A stretch of 64,000 nucleotides of DNA from Methylococcaceae bacterium UBA2780 (GTDB lineage Bacteria > Pseudomonadota > Gammaproteobacteria > Methylococcales > UBA2780), in contig DEIG01000011.1 in NCBI GenBank assembly GCA_002352345.1, positions 46,801 to 110,800 on the forward strand, written 5' to 3'. Shown in pieces: positions 59,878 through 64,000 of this stretch (positions within the stretch are counted from its first letter, which is position 1; each line of letters begins with the position of its first letter). A model generated the notes under the pieces. It did not search any database. It had not been told where the DNA came from and saw only the letters and a list, made by a program, of their open reading frames with translations. A program made the position numbers and the translations under genes.

Positions 59878-60528
59878 TTACAACTCAACTGAACTACTTG
59901 CATAGCGCCGACTCAACATCCAAATAAGCTCGACAAATTCCGGCCGGTTCAAGCAGGGAATACCTTCCATCACCAAGACAAAACGCTGTTTACCTATGTA
60001 CAGAGGCCAGAAGCCAATCTTGCTATGGCCGGCTGCATCGACAATCGACCAGGCACTACTTGCCAAACCAAGATTATTAACCAGTAACCCCGACCGCCGT
60101 GCGTGTAAGCTAGCCAGCTCCGCACTTAAGGCCGATAACTCTTCTGCCACCTCATGCGGAAAGCCACTCGATGCTAGATAAAAGCCCTGCTCATCACCCA
60201 AAAGCGCCTTACCACTATTTGATAGTCGACCAAGTAGCTCTGGCAATACCTCTTCAAGCGGGCTATCCAAAACTGCTCGCTCTGAATCTAACCCTTCAAC
60301 CCATGCCAAAGACTGTAGATGTTTTAACAGTTCAAGCGTCTCATCTTCGCTCTCCAAACCTGATAGCGCTGCGAGTGTTTCCGCGGTTAACGCAGGGGTT
60401 TTCTCTTGGCCCAACAAATTACGCAATAATGCTTTAGTCGAATTCCCCTCAGCTGCCGAAACTGCGCTGTAAGCACCTCCTGGCGTTGGGTGAAGAAACA
60501 ATCCTTCGGTTAAAACTAATTCAGTCAT
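59878..60528 (-). CDS. Hypothetical protein, C-terminal half possibly a divergent Roadblock-like fold
   Basis: I place the start at ATG 60528 (MTELVL), 1 nt after the upstream stop, with GGAGGA inside the upstream gene's 3' end. The ORF-track start at 60618 would overlap the GTPase gene by 89 nt. The C-terminal ~110 aa show strand-helix-strand-strand-helix periodicity resembling Roadblock. This is inference only. Confidence 0.6.
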   Translation of the reverse strand: MTELVLTEGLFLHPTPGGAYSAVSAAEGNSTKALLRNLLGQEKTPALTAETLAALSGLESEDETLELLKHLQSLAWVEGLDSERAVLDSPLEEVLPELLGRLSNSGKALLGDEQGFYLASSGFPHEVAEELSALSAELASLHARRSGLLVNNLGLASSAWSIVDAAGHSKIGFWPLYIGKQRFVLVMEGIPCLNRPEFVELIWMLSRRYASSSVEL

Positions 60529-60529
60529 T

Positions 60530-61069
60530 TCATTCCTCCACCAATCCCGGATCAAGGGTATAAAGTAATGCTTGCACAAGTAGCGAGACGTCTTCTGACT
60601 CCCGCGCATCAACCTCAAACAAAGGTGGATTCAGCCCCATTCCCTTCAAGTGAAGGTGATAATCAGTGATTGTTGGGCGAGGATTTTTATCCATCTGTGT
60701 CACTCCAACAACGACAGCTGTCTTATCGATAAACTCAGAAAAAGAGTCCATAAAAAAGCGTAAATCAACAAAAGGGTCTGTACGAGTATTGTCTAGCAGT
60801 ACAACCAGACCAATCCCACCTGTTGTCAATATATCCCACATAAAATCAAACCGCTCCTGCCCAGGTGTTCCATACAGATGAATTGCTTCACCACCCTCAA
60901 GACGCATCACTCCGTAGTCCATCGCAACCGTTGTCGCTTTCTTACGTTCACGCGTCATATCACTCGCAGATTCATCTGTTGTGATCGGTGCATCATCGCT
61001 AATTGAGCTGATCGCTGTTGTCTTTCCTGCACCAACAGGACCTGTAAAAATAATCTTGTAATTACTCAT
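60530..61069 (-). CDS. Small Ras-like GTPase, MglA/CvnD (COG2229)-like
   Basis: 179 aa with G1 GPVGAGKT, G3 GTPGQERF (the Asp of DxxGQ is replaced, as in MglA-type and conservon GTPases) and G4 TQMD. Confidence 0.8.
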   Translation of the reverse strand: MSNYKIIFTGPVGAGKTTAISSISDDAPITTDESASDMTRERKKATTVAMDYGVMRLEGGEAIHLYGTPGQERFDFMWDILTTGGIGLVVLLDNTRTDPFVDLRFFMDSFSEFIDKTAVVVGVTQMDKNPRPTITDYHLHLKGMGLNPPLFEVDARESEDVSLLVQALLYTLDPGLVEE

Positions 61070-61078
61070 CTCGTCTAT

Positions 61079-62272
61079 TTATCCAATTTTTAAACGATCT
61101 AGGATTTTGCCAAACAGGCCGCGCTTTTTTGGTTTTTGAACAGGCTCAGGCGCAACAATCACATCAGCTTGCCGTTTAACCTGTCCAGCTACCCCAAGTG
61201 CTCTTGCTGCGCTATAAAAAGAGAACACATATTGCTGAGGCACATTAAGCACCCTAGCAATCTCCATTAGAGACCTAGGATGTTCCATCATCAACGCTGC
61301 AATCCTCATCGCATGAGGAAACAGCATCAAACGCGTCATATTTGGCCAGTGACGCAGATAAACAGGGCGCTCCAGATCTACCCCCAGCGGCACTCGCCCT
61401 TGAGAGGTCCAGAGCGATACTTTCCACAGAAAAGAGTCGATATTTTGAAAACCATCTTTATCGCTGATATCAAGACCATCTACATCATTTACAACCGAAA
61501 TCGTCATTCCTGAACCTTTTCCATCCAACGCAGGGTCCGCACCATTCAGAACCTTCAGTGGCACCCTGCATGCAGCCTGCAGCTGTTTATCATTGGCATC
61601 GAGCCAAACTTCGTTTGTTCTCGGAAAAATCAGTAAAGGTTTCCAGCTGCCATCCAATTGAAGTATCTGGTTTTTGTTCAAGGCAACCTTGCAAGCTGAC
61701 TGAAAATAACCCTGCAGATAGCTTTTCGGGTCGTAATGCGCGTCGTTAACTTGCCTCTCATCACTCATATCAACAGGCTGCAGTGCACCAATAAATGAGA
61801 TAAAACTTTTCTCATCCAATTGCATTGCTGAACGATGAGTAGAAGGAGGCTTACTTTGGCGCTTAACACTCTTTGTTACAGCCGGTTGCGCCACCTGCTC
61901 AGAAACTGGTTCTACAAAAGCCTGCTTTTCTGCTTTCAGCTCTTCTCGACAGCCTGCTTTAACCTTATCCAACACATTCATCAGTGCTTTAGGTTGAAGC
62001 GGCTTTTTAACAAAAAAACTATCCTCATCATCTCTATCTTTCAATGACAAAAGAATAAATTGGTGCTCAGGAAATTTTTCACGCTGCTGTCTATAAAGAG
62101 AGTCTGAGTCAACCGCATCCATATCAACAATGCTGACGGTTGCCGTCCCATCCCCGACAATTTCACAGCTATTTTTACAAGGCCCCTGAAAGAACAGCTG
62201 AAGCATATGTTGCGTTCGACTATCCATGCCAACCGTTGTAACGAGGAGAGAGGGCTGAGCTTTCTTGCTCAT
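61079..62272 (-). CDS. Receiver-like N-terminal domain protein with unrecognised C-terminal domain
   Basis: 397 aa. Residues ~8-110 have a receiver-like layout (LLVTTVGMDSRT ... VSIVDMD ... FVKKPLQPKAL). A Pro/Lys/Ser-rich linker follows, then a ~230-aa domain I cannot assign. Confidence 0.6.
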   Translation of the reverse strand: MSKKAQPSLLVTTVGMDSRTQHMLQLFFQGPCKNSCEIVGDGTATVSIVDMDAVDSDSLYRQQREKFPEHQFILLSLKDRDDEDSFFVKKPLQPKALMNVLDKVKAGCREELKAEKQAFVEPVSEQVAQPAVTKSVKRQSKPPSTHRSAMQLDEKSFISFIGALQPVDMSDERQVNDAHYDPKSYLQGYFQSACKVALNKNQILQLDGSWKPLLIFPRTNEVWLDANDKQLQAACRVPLKVLNGADPALDGKGSGMTISVVNDVDGLDISDKDGFQNIDSFLWKVSLWTSQGRVPLGVDLERPVYLRHWPNMTRLMLFPHAMRIAALMMEHPRSLMEIARVLNVPQQYVFSFYSAARALGVAGQVKRQADVIVAPEPVQKPKKRGLFGKILDRLKIG

Positions 62273-63015
62273 TTATCTAACTCCTCTGATAATTTCTGTT
62301 GTAGTTCATTCCATTGGCCTAAAAATGAAGCGGCCTCATCGCCCAGTTTCCCTCTCATTCTCTTTAATGATGCTAAATCTCGTGTTGATTTGTAAATAGC
62401 AAGAAGGTCGTTATGAAGTGCCTCCCTTGAAGGGCTATCAAGCAGCCCCTTTTCAAGAATCTGTTGAGCTTGCTCTATCTGGCTATACTCAAGACATTCA
62501 TGAGCCTCTTCTAACGGGTCGCGATCAATAGAGTTTTCTCCATTCCTGCCTTCAACAGTTTTAACCAAGTCCAAACAACCATTCACGCCTTTGCCTAAAA
62601 CAGAGCCCGGTAAATCCGGAAGCCTGTTCTTACTCAACTCCTTTGCTGTATAGAGTGAAGCCAATTGCTCAAATTGAATTGACTGAAGGCCGCCCCTTGC
62701 ACCCAACAACAACCGCTTGAAAAGTGCTCGACCCGAACCATCTAATGCAATCCATAAATCCAGTAGGGCTGCAAAAAGCAAGCCGTGATCTCCTTGGTCG
62801 TATTGAAACCAAATACGCTGAATGTGATTTTTAATATTTGAAGGATTGCGTGAAACTTCAGAACAAAGAAAATCTGACACCTTATTCTTGCGATCATCCG
62901 CCACCGCCAATCTCAATCCTGACGCATCTGCTATCTGAAAAATAGCGTCATGAATTACCCCTGATGAGGTTCCGTTATCTGATTGATCCGGATCGAAAAA
63001 CAAAGAGTTATTCAT
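62269..63015 (-). CDS. Hypothetical helical protein (first gene of the GTPase operon)
   Basis: 248 aa. I recognise no family. The C-terminal ~80 aa look like TPR-type helical repeats (LEEAHECLEYSQIEQAQQILEKGLL). Its stop overlaps the next start (ATGA at 62269-62272). Confidence 0.55.
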   Translation of the reverse strand: MNNSLFFDPDQSDNGTSSGVIHDAIFQIADASGLRLAVADDRKNKVSDFLCSEVSRNPSNIKNHIQRIWFQYDQGDHGLLFAALLDLWIALDGSGRALFKRLLLGARGGLQSIQFEQLASLYTAKELSKNRLPDLPGSVLGKGVNGCLDLVKTVEGRNGENSIDRDPLEEAHECLEYSQIEQAQQILEKGLLDSPSREALHNDLLAIYKSTRDLASLKRMRGKLGDEAASFLGQWNELQQKLSEELDK

Positions 63016-63242
63016 AATATTTAGACAGAAGATCCTTTATTCAAAATGAAACAAGTCACTTTATGGCGTGAACTAGCATTGAATTTAAGGTAGCCCACAT
63101 CTAAAAAAATACCAGTTACCCAGTAAGGAATTTTCTGAAACTGCTGGGTATCACACAAAATAGAATCTACCCGGGAAAAATTTGCCCCTGCTTGTCAAAA
63201 TCTAAAGCTTTCTATATAGCAGTTCCCTGCTAAACTTTCAGC

Positions 63243-64000
63243 ATGCTTAATCTCTACCTAAATGGACTCGTCAAGTGGCGCTGGGCGATCATTCTAGTAA
63301 CACTGATTCTTGTCGGTGTTCTCTCAAGTGGGGCCCGATTTTTGGGGTTTACGAATGATTACAGAATTTTTTTTAGCGATGATAATCCGCATCTTTTAGC
63401 ACTTGAAACACTCCAAAACACCTACACAAAAGATGACACTATCCTCTTCATTATTACTCCCAAAGATGGAAAGGTATTTACGCCAGGAACACTTGCCAGC
63501 ATCGAATGGCTAACCAACCAGACCTGGTCAATTCCCTATACCCAGCGAGTCGACTCATTACAGAATTTCCAGTATAGCTATGGAAAAAATGATGAGCTGA
63601 TCGTTCGAGATCTTTACCAAGATGCCCTTTCACTCAAAGAAAATGAGCTGACTGAAATAGCCAGAATAGCCTTAAATGAGCCTTTACTAAATGGCCGCTT
63701 AATCTCGAGAGACCGTAAAGTTGCAGGCCTCAATGTAACAGTGCAGCTTCCCGGAATTGATGAACAAAAAGAGTTTCCAGAAGTTGCTAATTACGCTAGA
63801 AACCTTGCACGTGAACTGGAAAAAGATAACCCAAACCTACAGATACGCCTAACCGGTGGCGTTATGATCGGTAATGCCTTTCCAGAAGCATCATTGCACG
63901 ACATTGAAACATTAATTCCCATCATGTTTACCATTGTCTTCATTGTTCTAGCACTAATGCTTCGCTCGCTCTCAGCCATGATCTGGGCCCTACTGATCAT
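63243..64000 (+). CDS. RND-superfamily/MMPL-type exporter, N-terminal part (3' end outside window)
   Basis: This ORF is not in the supplied track because it has no stop in the window. My own translation from ATG 63243 is open to the window end: MLNLYLNGLVKWRWAIILVTLILVGVL...IRLTGGVMIGNAF...IPIMFTIVFIVLALMLRSLSAMIWALLI. TM1 followed by a large periplasmic loop and then a TM bundle is typical of COG1033/MMPL exporters. Confidence 0.6.
   Translation, partial: MLNLYLNGLVKWRWAIILVTLILVGVLSSGARFLGFTNDYRIFFSDDNPHLLALETLQNTYTKDDTILFIITPKDGKVFTPGTLASIEWLTNQTWSIPYTQRVDSLQNFQYSYGKNDELIVRDLYQDALSLKENELTEIARIALNEPLLNGRLISRDRKVAGLNVTVQLPGIDEQKEFPEVANYARNLARELEKDNPNLQIRLTGGVMIGNAFPEASLHDIETLIPIMFTIVFIVLALMLRSLSAMIWALLI

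Noticed and set aside
60529-60618. ORF-track start at 60618 for the 246-aa protein, overlapping the GTPase gene by 89 nt
   Set aside because: ATG 60528 sits 1 nt after the GTPase stop with a GGAGGA RBS. The long overlap is unnecessary and the extra residues (MRLMRGSQKTSRYLCKHYF...) look like out-of-frame GTPase sequence.
63791-64000. 69-aa minus-strand ORF at the window end
   Set aside because: It is antisense to the open plus-strand RND/MMPL-type reading frame that starts at 63243 and continues beyond the window.

Overview
The window looks like a chromosomal segment of a gammaproteobacterium. The gene order recA-recX-alaS-lysC-csrA-tRNA, comEC-exbB-exbD-lpxK, lolC/D and mfd...nagZ matches, from memory and unverified by search, Pseudomonas/Oceanospirillales-type core regions. 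I can support about 58 protein genes, four tRNAs (Asp, Val, Arg, Ser) plus one duplicated tRNA-Ser 3' fragment, several rho-independent terminators, a strong sigma-32 promoter upstream of htpG, and a strong sigma-70 promoter upstream of tRNA-Arg. I saw no CRISPR array, IS element, integrase or prophage genes. Most of the window is housekeeping: DNA repair, translation, envelope biogenesis, central metabolism and the EF-P modification genes epmA/efp/epmB. The non-housekeeping content is signalling. (1) 56.8-63.0 kb holds a tightly packed eight-gene minus-strand operon: an MglA/CvnD-like small GTPase, one clear and one probable Roadblock/LC7 protein, a receiver-like protein with an unrecognised C-terminal domain, a helical protein, and three stand-alone sensor modules (Aer-type PAS, a signal-peptide-less PhnD-like binding protein, FIST). 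It has no recognisable output domain and is my best candidate for an undescribed system. (2) 26.5-34.2 kb holds two tandem paralogous TonB-dependent receptors, a periplasmic binding-protein-like gene and an orphan hybrid histidine kinase. (3) 50.6-54.4 kb holds a 567-aa protein with a C-terminal PilZ-like domain, followed by a FimX-like REC-PAS-GGDEF-EAL protein in which both catalytic motifs are degenerate. (4) There is also a FimV/HubP-type polar hub protein, a YbaK-like/HDOD fusion and a membrane-anchored dynamin-like GTPase. All family assignments come from reading the translated ORFs and remembered family motifs. No database search was run.
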